Source: Candidatus Binataceae bacterium
Lineage (GTDB): Bacteria; Desulfobacterota; Binatia; Binatales; Binataceae
DNA: 64,000 nt
Assembly (NCBI GenBank): GCA_036521875.1
Contig: DATDGX010000138.1
Location: forward strand, 5,875-69,874
Direction of reading: 5' to 3'
Part shown: piece by piece, positions 41,589 through 51,234 of the stretch
Numbering within the stretch: the first letter of the stretch is position 1
How the letters are laid out: the number at the start of each line of letters is the position of its first letter
Notes under the pieces: generated by a model
Told to the model about the DNA's origin: nothing
The model's input: the letters and a program-made list of their open reading frames with translations, nothing else
Databases searched by the model: none
Program-made: the position numbers and the translations under genes

Positions 41589-42947
41589 TCATTCACCGGG
41601 GTCAAAGTCGAGCGCGTTGGAGCGCGCGACGCTGGAGTACCATCGCCCGCTCTCCTTGACGATGCGATCCTGGGTCTTGAAGTCGCACCATACGATGCCG
41701 AAGCGCTGCGCATAGCCCTCGCCCCACTCGAAATTGTCGGTGAAGGTCCAGGTGAAGTAACCACGCACGTCCACCCCTTCCGCGATCGCGCGCGATACTC
41801 CCGCGATGTAGCGGCGCAGAAAGCTGATGCGGCGTTGATCGTCGACCTTGCCGTCGGCGCCGGGCGCGTCGCCGAAGGAGCATCCGTTCTCGAACACGTA
41901 GATGGGCGGCTTGCCGAAGTCGGTCGAGATGCGATGGATCATTTCGTAGAGCGCCGGCGGATAGACTTCCCAGCCGAAATCGGTGCTCTCCTTCGCGTCA
42001 GGCCGCACCTGCCTGAGCTGCAGGTTGTGCTCGTGCGGATCGTGCTTGACCACCGCACGCACGTACAAGTTGATGCCGATGAAATCGTGCGGCGCCTTGA
42101 CGATCTCCATGTCGCCGGGGCGGATGTCGAGGCGGTCTTCGATATTTCCTTCGGCATAGACCTCGGGATAGCGCCCGTGCATCGCGGGCTCCAGGAACCA
42201 CAAGTTACAGAAGCGATGCCATCGCTCGGCTGCCGCGCGATCCTCCAGCGAGTTGGTCTGCGGATGCACCGACTGCATGCTGAACGCGGTGCCGACCGCC
42301 GTCGGCTGGTGGCGCGCCGCGCGCAGCGCCCGCACCGCCATCCCCTGCGCCAGGTTGACGACGTGGGTCGCCTTGAGAGCCGCGCGCGGCTCATGACGCC
42401 CGGGAGCGTGGTTCCCGGTTAGATAGCCGAGCATCGTGAACGCCCACGGCTCGTTGAACACCATCCAGTTTTTCACCCGATCGCCAAGCTCGTCAGCGAC
42501 CACCGCCGCATAGTCGCGGAAGTATTCCGCCGTGTCGCGATTCGGCCATCCGCCGAGATCCTCGAGCGCCTGCGGCAGGTCCCAATGATACAGCGTCACC
42601 CACGGCTGCAGGTTGCGCTTGAGCAGCTCGTCGACGACGCGCTTATAGAAGTCGAGTCCCTTCTGATTCACCGCCCCCTTGCCGCCGGGAATTATCCGCG
42701 GCCACGAGAGCGAGATGCGCGCCGCATTCAGGCCCAGGTCGGCCATCAGCGCGATGTCGCCGGGATAGCGATGGTAGAAATCGCAGGCGACGTCGCCGGT
42801 GTCGCCGTTCTTGATCTTGCCCGGCGCGTGCGAGAAACGGTCCCAGATGGACTCGCCCTTGCCGTCCTCGCTGCGCCCGCCTTCTATCTGATAAGAGGCG
42901 CTCGCGGTCCCCCAGAGAAATCCTTTCGGAAACTGCATTGCCGCCAT
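41589..42947 (-). CDS. GH1 beta-glucosidase
   Basis: Starts MAAMQFPKGFLWGTASASYQIEGG. The catalytic regions are NEP (acid/base) and ENG (nucleophile, YVFENG). Confidence 0.9.
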   Translation of the reverse strand: MAAMQFPKGFLWGTASASYQIEGGRSEDGKGESIWDRFSHAPGKIKNGDTGDVACDFYHRYPGDIALMADLGLNAARISLSWPRIIPGGKGAVNQKGLDFYKRVVDELLKRNLQPWVTLYHWDLPQALEDLGGWPNRDTAEYFRDYAAVVADELGDRVKNWMVFNEPWAFTMLGYLTGNHAPGRHEPRAALKATHVVNLAQGMAVRALRAARHQPTAVGTAFSMQSVHPQTNSLEDRAAAERWHRFCNLWFLEPAMHGRYPEVYAEGNIEDRLDIRPGDMEIVKAPHDFIGINLYVRAVVKHDPHEHNLQLRQVRPDAKESTDFGWEVYPPALYEMIHRISTDFGKPPIYVFENGCSFGDAPGADGKVDDQRRISFLRRYIAGVSRAIAEGVDVRGYFTWTFTDNFEWGEGYAQRFGIVWCDFKTQDRIVKESGRWYSSVARSNALDFDPGE

Positions 42948-43201
42948 AGGCGCGTTTGTTAGCACAACCCGCCGTGCCGAGGCGAGCAGAGGCCTTCCCG
43001 ATCTGATACCGCCCATCGCATCCGCGCATCGATTCTTTGTCGCGAGGCGCAATTGGTAGCTGCGACGGCTTTATCTGTGCAAAACGCCTTGGAGCCTTGA
43101 AAAAACGCCCGGAACTATATATCTACACACAGGTCTGAACGGGTTCGTCATGTCAGCCGCTGGCCACACAAAGGTATCGGGTTCGACAGGAGATATTCTG
43201 A

Positions 43202-43522
43202 ATGCTGAATAGAACCAACGCGGGTGAAAAGGGGCGCACGATCGCGAGGCGAATGATTTCGGCGGCAGCGATAATGTCCGCGCTAGCGGCCTTGTCGCTG
43301 GGCGGATGCTCCTCGACCGCAACGCCGGCCCCGCCGTCTGAGGCGATGAAGCATGTTGAGCTAACCTTCAGCCTCGATCAGTGTCAGCCGATCGATACCA
43401 ATCTTTTCAAATGCCCGGCGGTCGACAAGCCGGTTTGCAACCCGGACTACAATGGCCAGGTCGAGTGTGTTCGAATCGGGCGCAAGAAGAGCGTCTTCGT
43501 CGAGCAAGCGATTATGCCGTAG
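43202..43522 (+). CDS. small Cys-rich lipoprotein (hypothetical)
   Basis: Signal peptide plus lipobox LSLGGCSS. The mature part carries 5 Cys. AGGAGA lies 8 nt upstream of the ATG. Confidence 0.5.
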   Translation: MLNRTNAGEKGRTIARRMISAAAIMSALAALSLGGCSSTATPAPPSEAMKHVELTFSLDQCQPIDTNLFKCPAVDKPVCNPDYNGQVECVRIGRKKSVFVEQAIMP

Positions 43523-43640
43523 CCGGGAGTATGCGCTCCTCAAACCTCACCGAGGTTTCCGGCTTCCCGTCTTATAAAGATGCGCGTGTCGCCCGGTTAG
43601 AAGATAAGGCGGACTGCAGGGGTCTGCACCGTTCTCCGCC

Positions 43641-43697
43641 GGCGACAGCGGAGCCGGGTTCCTGAGTGGTAGTGGGTGCAGGGGTCAGGCCCCTGCT
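43641..43697. repeat. REP-like palindromic element (copy 1 of 4)
   Basis: GGCGACAGCGGAGCCGGG...GGTGCAGGGGTCAGGCCCCTGC forms a hairpin over the trxB stop codon. The same unit recurs three more times at 44835-44995. Confidence 0.6.
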
Positions 43698-44652
43698 ATT
43701 CGCCCGGCTGCTCTTCCAGCCAGCGCTCGGCGTCGATCGCCGCCATGCATCCGGTGCCCGCAGCAGTGACCGCCTGCCGATAGGTGTGATCGACGACATC
43801 GCCCGCCGCGAACACCCCCGCGACGTTGGTGTGAGTCGAGCCGGGCCGCACGATCAAATAACCCAGCTCGTCCATCTCGAGCTGACCCTTGAAGATTGCG
43901 CTGTTGGGCGTATGCCCGATTGCCATGAAGATCCCATGGGCTTTGAATTCGGTGGTCTTGCCGGTCTTCAGATTCTTGAGCGTTGCCCCGGTGACGCCGC
44001 CCTTTTTGTCGCCGTGAATCTCGACCACTACCGAATCGAAAATGAACGCGACGCGCGGATTGTTGTGCGCGCGATCCTGCATGATCTTCGAGGCGCGCAG
44101 CGTGTCGCGCCGATGCACCACCGTCACCTTCGGGGAGAACCTGGTGAGGAAGGTAGCTTCTTCCATCGCGGTGTCGCCGCCTCCCACTACCAGCACGTCC
44201 TTGTCCTTGAAGAAGGCGCCGTCGCAGGTCGCGCATGCGCTCACGCCATAACCCATCAGGCGCGTTTCCGATTCGATCCCGAGCAGCTTGGCCGTGGCGC
44301 CGGTCGAAATGATTACCGACGCGGCGCGGATCACGCTCTTGCCGACCACCAGCTCGAACGGCCGCTTGCCGAGTCTGACCTCGCTCACGTGACCGCTGAC
44401 AAAACGGGTGCCGAAGCGCTCCGCCTGGCGCTTGAACACCTCCATCATTTCGGGGCCCTGCACGCCGTTCTCGAAGCCGGGATAATTCTCTACCTCGGTG
44501 GTGATAGTGAGCTGCCCGCCCGGGGAGTCGCCTTCCACGAGGAGCGGCGAAAGGTTCGCGCGCGCGGTATACAGCGCGGCGGTCAGCCCCGCGGGTCCGG
44601 AGCCGAGAATTACCACCTGGTTGATTTCGTCTTGATTGATTTGCTGAGCCAT
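43696..44652 (-). CDS. trxB: thioredoxin-disulfide reductase
   Basis: Has GSGPAG (FAD), the CATC redox-active disulfide and GGGDTA (NADPH). Confidence 0.95.
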   Translation of the reverse strand: MAQQINQDEINQVVILGSGPAGLTAALYTARANLSPLLVEGDSPGGQLTITTEVENYPGFENGVQGPEMMEVFKRQAERFGTRFVSGHVSEVRLGKRPFELVVGKSVIRAASVIISTGATAKLLGIESETRLMGYGVSACATCDGAFFKDKDVLVVGGGDTAMEEATFLTRFSPKVTVVHRRDTLRASKIMQDRAHNNPRVAFIFDSVVVEIHGDKKGGVTGATLKNLKTGKTTEFKAHGIFMAIGHTPNSAIFKGQLEMDELGYLIVRPGSTHTNVAGVFAAGDVVDHTYRQAVTAAGTGCMAAIDAERWLEEQPGE

Positions 44653-44834
44653 AAACTCCGTTTCAGAGGTCGCGCCAAGAGGCGCGACGCTATCATCAAC
44701 TTATTGTACAGGAGATCGTCTCGTACAGGAGACCTCCTCGTACGGAAAATGTTGACGGCGGCGAACTGATGCACGCTACCGCCGTTAGAACGTTCCCAAG
44801 ACGAGCAGCGCGCCATTCGCTGAACCCCGTTTCC

Positions 44835-44995
44835 GGCGACAACGCCATCCTCGCCTCCGGGTGCAGGGCTTGGCACCCTGCCTTGCCGGCGACAACGGAG
44901 CCGGCTCTTGTGTGCCGGTGGGTGCAGGGGTCAGCCCCTGCCGACAACGGAACTGGATTCTTGCGTCGAGGTGGGTGCAGGGGTCACCCGCTGCC
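44835..44995. repeat. three tandem REP-like palindromic elements (copies 2-4)
   Basis: Units of about 50-55 nt, each GGCGACAACGG-N~20-(G)GTGGGTGCAGGGGTCAGCCCCTGCC, containing the inverted repeat GCAGGGG....CCCCTGC. They lie between trxB and moaC. Confidence 0.6.
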
Positions 44996-45040
44996 TGTAT
45001 ATCTGAACGCGGTCAACGTAAGCTCTTATCCGCTGCTGCG

Positions 45041-45592
45041 ATGCCGGGCAAGAAACAGAAGTCGGATTCGGCGGCGCCGCCAGGCCGCGGCGTGCGAGCG
45101 CTCACTCATCTCGATCGTCGCGGGCGGATCCGGATGGTCGATGTCGGCGACAAACCGGTGACCCGGCGCGAGGCCGTCGCGCGCGGACGAATCGCGATGG
45201 CGCCGGCAACGCTCGCGGCGATTGTCGGCGGCAAGCTCAACAAGGGCGAGGCGATCGCCGCGGCGCGCATCGCCGGGGTGATGGCGGCGAAGCGGACCCA
45301 CGAGCTGATCCCGCTATGCCATCAGATTCCGCTCGAAGTGGTGGAAGTCGATTTTCGCCCCGACCGCGCGCGCTCGGCGCTCGAGATCGAGGCGCGCGCC
45401 GTCACCGCGGCGCGCACCGGCGTCGAGATGGAAGCGATGGTCGCGGTCAGCGCGGCGGCGCTCACCATCTACGACATGGCCAAAGCGATCGACCGCGCGA
45501 TGGAAATCGGTGCGATTCGATTGGTGAAGAAGAGCGGCGGCCGCAGCGGCGAGTTCATCCGTGCGGGCGAACGCAAATGGAGCGCGCGCTAG
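45041..45592 (+). CDS. moaC: cyclic pyranopterin monophosphate synthase
   Basis: ...[19 protein letters not shown]...[31 protein letters not shown]... is the MoaC signature. ATG 45041 follows the REP array. Confidence 0.9.
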   Translation: MPGKKQKSDSAAPPGRGVRALTHLDRRGRIRMVDVGDKPVTRREAVARGRIAMAPATLAAIVGGKLNKGEAIAAARIAGVMAAKRTHELIPLCHQIPLEVVEVDFRPDRARSALEIEARAVTAARTGVEMEAMVAVSAAALTIYDMAKAIDRAMEIGAIRLVKKSGGRSGEFIRAGERKWSAR

Positions 45593-45627
45593 CTCCATCC
45601 GCGCATGCAAAGCGACGCCGTCACCTG

Positions 45628-46225
45628 AGGGTCTGCGAATTTTTTTTCGAAAGTAAAAGTGAAACGAAAATGCTGCCCGGGTCGCGATCGCTGGGAAACC
45701 ACCGTCCTTCGCTAAATCGACAAAGGACGAACGTCGTCCTGAGAGCCTGTGATTTTTTTGAAAAGTGAAGACGAATTCGATTTGCACCGCGGCTTGGAAC
45801 GGAACCTGAATCACCGTCGTCTCAATGAGTCACCAAAAAAAAGGTGTCATCCTGAGACTCTGTGACTGTTTTTTGAAACCAAAAGTGAAAAATGAAAATG
45901 CTGCCCAGGTCGCGACCGCTGGGGAACCACTGTCGTCCGCTGAGTCAGCAAAGAAGCAACGTCATCCTGAGCGCATGCTGCCGGAGTCGAAGGATCGCTA
46001 CGTACGTATGGTTTGAATACTCAGCGATGGATGTCCACGCGCCGCTGAATCGCCTTGCCGTTGCGTCGATGCCAGGCCGCTCGCATGGCGGTGCAGCAAG
46101 GACACGCGCTGCGCTCATTGAGGCGACAGTGGTTTCCCGGCGTTCGCGACCCGGGCAGCATTTTCGTTTTCACTTTTACTTTTCAAAAACTCACAGACCC
46201 TGAGGATGACCTCCCTTTATTCCAA
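45628..46225. repeat. lower-GC intergenic array of ~115-nt tandem repeats (about 3.3 direct copies) plus one inverted terminal copy
   Basis: The unit begins GTCATCCTGAG..CTGTGA-TTTTTTGAAA..AAAAGTGAAA..GAAAATGCTGCCCGGGTCGCGA.CGCTGGGAAACCAC. Direct copies start near 45631, 45746, 45851 and 45968. An inverted copy lies at about 46131-46220. Confidence 0.6.
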
Positions 46226-46323
46226 CTCATCGGGACGACCGTGGTTTCTCTCTCACCGTAGTCCGGGCAGAATTGGTTTGTTCTCCTGGTACTCATAAGC
46301 TCTGAGATCAAACCCTTGCTCCC

Positions 46324-47544
46324 ATGTCCTCATCGAAACCATCGATGGCCCCTGCTGCGCGCGTGATTCTCAAGCGCGGCCGTGACGGGCCGGTCCGCGG
46401 TGGTAATCCGTGGATCTTCTCGCAGGCGATCGAACGCGTCGAGCCGCCTGCGATCGCACCGGGCGCCGCGGTCGAAGTTTACGACGCGTCGCGCACCCTG
46501 CTCGGCGTCGGGCACTACCACCCCGCCACCACCATCGCGGTGAGGATGCTCGCATGGGGCGCCGCTCCCGACCTGCGCGAGATACTCGCGCGCCGGCTGA
46601 GCAACGCGCTGGAGATGCGCCGCCGGATGATCGCGAGTGACACCGACTGTTACCGCCTGGTCAACGGCGACGGCGACGGCCTCTCGGGAATCGTCGTCGA
46701 TCGCTACGGTGACGTCGCGGTGCTGCAACTGCTCTCAGCGGGCGCCGACGCGATGCGCGACGAGATCACCGCCGAACTCACGCGCCTGATTAATCCGCGC
46801 GCGCTTCTCGAGCGCAGCGTCGGCGCGGTGAGGAGGCAGGAAGGCCTCACCGATCGCGTCGCTTTGCTCGCCGGCGAGCCGGTAGCCGAAACCATCGTGA
46901 GCGAAAACGGAATCCGGCTCGCAATCGATTTCGAGCACGGCCAGAAGACCGGATCATTTCTCGACCAGCGCGAGAACCGCCTGCGTCTTCGCGCGCTGGC
47001 CGCCACCAGCGGAGTAAAGCCCGCGCGGATGCTCGACGCGTGCTGCTACAGCGGTGGTTTCGCGCTCGCGGCGCTTGCGGGCGGTGCGGCGCGCGTGGTC
47101 GCCGTCGACACTTCCGCGCGCGCACTGTCGTGGGCCGCGCGCAACCTCGAGCTGAACGGGCATTCCGCCGGCGCGATCGAATTCGTCCACGGCGAGGCCG
47201 GAAAGTACATGGCGGAGACCGAGCAGCGCTTCGATTTGATCGTTCTCGATCCGCCGCCGCTCGCGCGCAGCCGCGGCGACGTGGAGCGCGCCGGCCGCAT
47301 GTACGTGGAATTGAACGCACTCGCGATTCGCGCGCTCGCGCGCGGCGGCCGGATGATGACCTTCAGTTGCTCGGTGCATTTCCGTGGCGAGGATTTTCTG
47401 CGCGCGGTCCGCATCGCGCAGGCCAAAGCGGGGCGCAACCTCCGGATGCTCGCGCGGCTCGGTCCCGGAAGCGACCATCCGGTGCTGCTCGGCCACGTCG
47501 AGGGTGAATACCTGACCGGGTTTCTGCTCGCCGATCTTGAATAG
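46324..47544 (+). CDS. class I SAM-dependent rRNA (m5C) methyltransferase, RlmI/RlmK-like (PUA + MTase)
   Basis: N-terminal PUA-like region, an MTase core with DxGxGxG-like motif I (LDACCYSGGFALAALAGGAARVVAVD), and D/P-P motif IV (VLDPPP). Confidence 0.75.
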   Translation: MSSSKPSMAPAARVILKRGRDGPVRGGNPWIFSQAIERVEPPAIAPGAAVEVYDASRTLLGVGHYHPATTIAVRMLAWGAAPDLREILARRLSNALEMRRRMIASDTDCYRLVNGDGDGLSGIVVDRYGDVAVLQLLSAGADAMRDEITAELTRLINPRALLERSVGAVRRQEGLTDRVALLAGEPVAETIVSENGIRLAIDFEHGQKTGSFLDQRENRLRLRALAATSGVKPARMLDACCYSGGFALAALAGGAARVVAVDTSARALSWAARNLELNGHSAGAIEFVHGEAGKYMAETEQRFDLIVLDPPPLARSRGDVERAGRMYVELNALAIRALARGGRMMTFSCSVHFRGEDFLRAVRIAQAKAGRNLRMLARLGPGSDHPVLLGHVEGEYLTGFLLADLE

Positions 47545-47635
47545 CCAGTGCGATTGAGAATCGTGCCAAAAAAAACTGGCTTGCGAATACGCACGCTTTG
47601 CCTGAGTATAGAGCCAATTTTCGGACCCGAATTGC

Positions 47636-48778
47636 TTGATGACGATGCGATCAAAATCCGCCCGCGCCTACGCCTGCGCGCTCGTGCTGACGCTGGCGCT
47701 TTTCGCGGCGTCCGGATGCCATCGCGAGGTCGCCGTCCCGCCCATCACCCCGCGCAACATCACGCTCACCGACGAGTTCTTCGACGTGTGGCCGACCAGC
47801 CCGACCCGCGCGTTCATCGTGGGCGCGCGCGGCAAAGTGCTGCTCACCGAAGACGGCGGCCGCCATTTCCAGCGCGTCGATATCGGCACCACGCTCGGAA
47901 TTTTCGGCATCCAGATGACCGACGATCAGAACGGATACCTGTGCGGGCAGGACGGCCTGCTGATGCGCACCCGCGACGGCGGCAAGAAGTGGGAGAAGAT
48001 CAACTCGCGGACCCATCTGTTCATCTTCGGGCTTTCGTTTCCGGATCGGCTGCATGGATTTCTGGTCGGCGATCGGGCTCTGGTGCTCAGCACCACCGAC
48101 GGCGGCGAAACTTTCTTCAAGCGCCAGCTCCAGCGCGTGGTTGCGCCCGAGTTGCGTGACTATGCGCTGCCCTACGAAGAGCCGGTGCTGTACAGCGCGA
48201 ATTTTATCGATCCGCAGCACGGCTGGGTGGTCGGCGAGCTGGGCCGCATCTGGGAGACCGCAAACGGCGGCAAGACCTGGAACGAGCAGCAGCAATCATT
48301 GCTGAGCCAATGGAAACGGCCGCTGGGCCCCGACGACGATCCGCGCTTCGCCGATTTTCTGCTGCCGACTCTTTTCGGCGTTTCCTTCCGCGATCAGAAT
48401 CACGGCGCGGCGTGCGGACTCGAGGGATGGGTGGTGCAGACTGACGACGGCGGCAAGACCTGGCGCTTCGCGCATCAGGCCGACACGCCGGGCGCGCCGC
48501 CGGATTCGCTGGTGCCGGGCGCGCGGCAAATTCCCGCGCGCGATCCGCTGTTCTCGGTTGATCTGTATGGCACGCAGGGAATCACCACCGGGCTGACCGG
48601 CACCGTGTTGCGCCTCCAGCCCAACGGCGCGTGGGCGCACGATCCGAGCGTGCCCTCGCTGCCATTTCCGCTGAGCCAGGTGCGCTTCTTCGACGACCAG
48701 CACGGATGGATCGTCGGCTACGGCACGATTCTCTACACCGAGGACGGCGGCAAGAGCTGGCGTTTCTGCCAGGGCTGA
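47636..48778 (+). CDS. Ycf48-like BNR-repeat beta-propeller lipoprotein
   Basis: Lipobox LFAASGC and six BNR-type motifs (TEDGGRHF, TRDGGKKW, TTDGGETF, TANGGKTW, TDDGGKTW, TEDGGKSW). Confidence 0.8.
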   Translation: MMTMRSKSARAYACALVLTLALFAASGCHREVAVPPITPRNITLTDEFFDVWPTSPTRAFIVGARGKVLLTEDGGRHFQRVDIGTTLGIFGIQMTDDQNGYLCGQDGLLMRTRDGGKKWEKINSRTHLFIFGLSFPDRLHGFLVGDRALVLSTTDGGETFFKRQLQRVVAPELRDYALPYEEPVLYSANFIDPQHGWVVGELGRIWETANGGKTWNEQQQSLLSQWKRPLGPDDDPRFADFLLPTLFGVSFRDQNHGAACGLEGWVVQTDDGGKTWRFAHQADTPGAPPDSLVPGARQIPARDPLFSVDLYGTQGITTGLTGTVLRLQPNGAWAHDPSVPSLPFPLSQVRFFDDQHGWIVGYGTILYTEDGGKSWRFCQG

Positions 48779-48799
48779 CGGCGCGCCCGGGAGCACGCG

Positions 48800-51190
48800 A
48801 TGGTCTGGTATCGATTTGGCGAATGGATCCTGCGCCGGCGCTACCTGGTGCTGGGTATCGTCGGCGTGCTCACCGCGTTCTTCGGTTATTTCGCGGCGCA
48901 GACCCGGCTGGTGACGAGCTTCGGTGATCTGCTGCCACAGAACCATCCGTTCATCAAGGTCGCCCACAAGTACGACGAATTCTTCGGCAGCGTGAACAAC
49001 GTCACCATCATGATCGAGGCGCGTCACGGCACCATCTACACGCCCGAGCTGATCGGCAAAATCGTCCGGATGACGCGCAACATGGACGTGGTCTACGGCA
49101 TCCAGCACGGCTCGGTGCGCTCGATGGCGACGGCGAGCTACTTCCGCCCGCTGGCGGGCGGCGTGATCCTGAACACTCCGGTGCTGCCCAACGGCGACGT
49201 GCCCAAAACCCAGCGCGACCTCGACGAGCTGCGCAGCAACGTCCACAAAAATCCCGGCGTGGTGTTCGGACGCTTCGTCTCGCTCGACGATCGCGCGGCG
49301 GTCATCGAGGGCAGCTTCCTGGAGTCGCGCCTCGACTATCGCCAGATCTTCAACGAGGTGCGCAAAATCGTCGTCAAGCCCGAGTTGGACGACACGGTGC
49401 GGATCTACGTTGGCGGGCAGCCGATTCTGTACGGCTGGGTCTATTATTACTCGCCGCAGGTTTTCAAGATTTTCATCGCGACCGTGTTCGCGGTCTGGAT
49501 TCTCCTCTACCTCTACTTCCGCGACTGGCGCGGCGCGCTGCGTCCCACCATCTCGGGCGTCATCTGCGCCATCTGGGGCCTCGGCTTCATCCGCCTGATC
49601 GGCTTCGGCCTCGATCCATTGGTGCTGGTCATCCCGTTCCTTATAACCGCGCGTGCCGTGAGCCATTCGGTGCAGATGCACGATCGGTACTATGAGGAGT
49701 TCTATCGGCAGCGCGACAAGGAAAAAGCCATCCTCTCGGCGTTCTCGGAACTGTTCGTGCCCTCGCTCTCGGGGATTCTCACCGACGCCTTCGGCGTGCT
49801 GGTGATCCTGCTGGTGCCGGTGCTGTTCCTGCAGAAGCTCGCGATCACGGCGAGCTTCTGGATCGCGGCGATCATCGTGAGCGAGCTGCTGCTCAATCCG
49901 ATCGTCTACTATTACCTGGAGCCGCCGCGGATCGAGGTGATCGAGCAGCGCGAGCATGGATTTTTCAAGCGGATGCTGCAGGCGATCGCGCGCCCGATGC
50001 TCGAGCGTCGCGGCCGCATCGTGACCCTGCTCGCTACCGTTGGCGCGATCGCGCTGTGCGGGTTTTTCTTCAGCGGGCTCAAGGTCGGGGACCCGTCATC
50101 GGAATCGCCGATTCTGTGGCCCAACGCGCCGTATAACCGCGCGATGGCGGCAATTGGGCGCGAGTTCGGCGCGATCGAGGAATTCGTGGTGGTCGCCGAA
50201 CTCGAGAATCGCGACGCGCTCAATAATCCCAAGCTCTACCACGTGATGGATTCCTACGAGCGCTACATGGACGGCGACCCCGCCGTCGGCCGCACCTTCT
50301 CGGTCGCCGACCTGCTCTCTAACAGCGGCTTCGCGCTGCGCGAGTTCCAGCCCAAGTGGAATGTGCTGCCGACCAGCGTGCGCACCACCGGACAACTGGT
50401 GGGCGGCCTGTTCGCCGGCGCCTCGCCGGAGTCGACCGCCTACATCATCACCCCCCGGCGCGACGCCACCCAGATTACCGTCTTCGCCAAGGATCGCGAG
50501 GGCGACAACATCCAGCGCATCGTGCTGCGCACCCAGCGCTTTTTCGGCGACCCGAACAACCATGTCGAGGGCGTCAAGTTCTCGCTCGCCGCCGGACTCA
50601 TCGGCGAGCTTGCCGCCGCCAATCAGGAAATCATCGACAATGACGTGCTGCTCAACGTGCTCGCCTTCGCGACCATCTACGTGATCATCCTGATCACATA
50701 CCGATCGTTCATGGCGGGACTCTACCTGTTGTTCCCGCTCGCGCTCGCGAACGCGGCGATCAACGCCTACATGGGCGCGCACGACATCGGCATCAATATC
50801 AACACGCTGCCGGTGGTGACGGTCGGAGTCGGGTTTGGCATCGACTACGCGATTTACATCGTGAGCCGCATCATCGAGGAGCTTGCGCTTGGCCGCGAGC
50901 TCAACGACGCGACCTACACGGCGCTCATCACGTCGGGCAAGGCGGTCGCGTTCACCGCGCTCACGCTGGTCGCGTCGGTGCTGTTCTGGTACTGGTCCGA
51001 CATCCGCTTCGACGCCGAGATGGGGCTGCTGCTCGCGGTCTGGATGTTCGTCTCGATGCTCGGCGCGATGACGATTCTGCCGGTGCTGATCGTGACTTTT
51101 AATCCGGCCTTCGTGCAGCGCGAGAAGGAACGCGTGCTTTCTTCGCGCCGCCCCGATCTCGCCGAGCGCAGCGCCGTCGCGTCGTCCTGA
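48800..51190 (+). CDS. RND-superfamily transporter, MMPL/HpnN-like (12 TM, two large periplasmic loops)
   Basis: Two TM bundles with sterol-sensing-domain-like segments (GIDYAIYIVSRI...). It is probably co-transcribed with the upstream BNR lipoprotein (21-nt gap). Confidence 0.8.
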   Translation: MVWYRFGEWILRRRYLVLGIVGVLTAFFGYFAAQTRLVTSFGDLLPQNHPFIKVAHKYDEFFGSVNNVTIMIEARHGTIYTPELIGKIVRMTRNMDVVYGIQHGSVRSMATASYFRPLAGGVILNTPVLPNGDVPKTQRDLDELRSNVHKNPGVVFGRFVSLDDRAAVIEGSFLESRLDYRQIFNEVRKIVVKPELDDTVRIYVGGQPILYGWVYYYSPQVFKIFIATVFAVWILLYLYFRDWRGALRPTISGVICAIWGLGFIRLIGFGLDPLVLVIPFLITARAVSHSVQMHDRYYEEFYRQRDKEKAILSAFSELFVPSLSGILTDAFGVLVILLVPVLFLQKLAITASFWIAAIIVSELLLNPIVYYYLEPPRIEVIEQREHGFFKRMLQAIARPMLERRGRIVTLLATVGAIALCGFFFSGLKVGDPSSESPILWPNAPYNRAMAAIGREFGAIEEFVVVAELENRDALNNPKLYHVMDSYERYMDGDPAVGRTFSVADLLSNSGFALREFQPKWNVLPTSVRTTGQLVGGLFAGASPESTAYIITPRRDATQITVFAKDREGDNIQRIVLRTQRFFGDPNNHVEGVKFSLAAGLIGELAAANQEIIDNDVLLNVLAFATIYVIILITYRSFMAGLYLLFPLALANAAINAYMGAHDIGININTLPVVTVGVGFGIDYAIYIVSRIIEELALGRELNDATYTALITSGKAVAFTALTLVASVLFWYWSDIRFDAEMGLLLAVWMFVSMLGAMTILPVLIVTFNPAFVQREKERVLSSRRPDLAERSAVASS

Positions 51191-51234
51191 AAAGCGCCGC
51201 CGCGGGGCCCAAGTCTCATGAGGTCATCGTCGCT

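Noticed and set aside
40879-41592. 237-aa ORF overlapping the membrane-protein gene 40977..41513
   Set aside because: The product is Arg-rich low-complexity. The alternative frame gives a coherent 4-TM membrane protein.
45600-46230. Possible CRISPR array in the repeat-rich spacer
   Set aside because: The repeat unit is about 115 nt, irregular and internally degenerate. There is no regular ~30-40-nt repeat/spacer periodicity, and no cas genes occur anywhere in the window.
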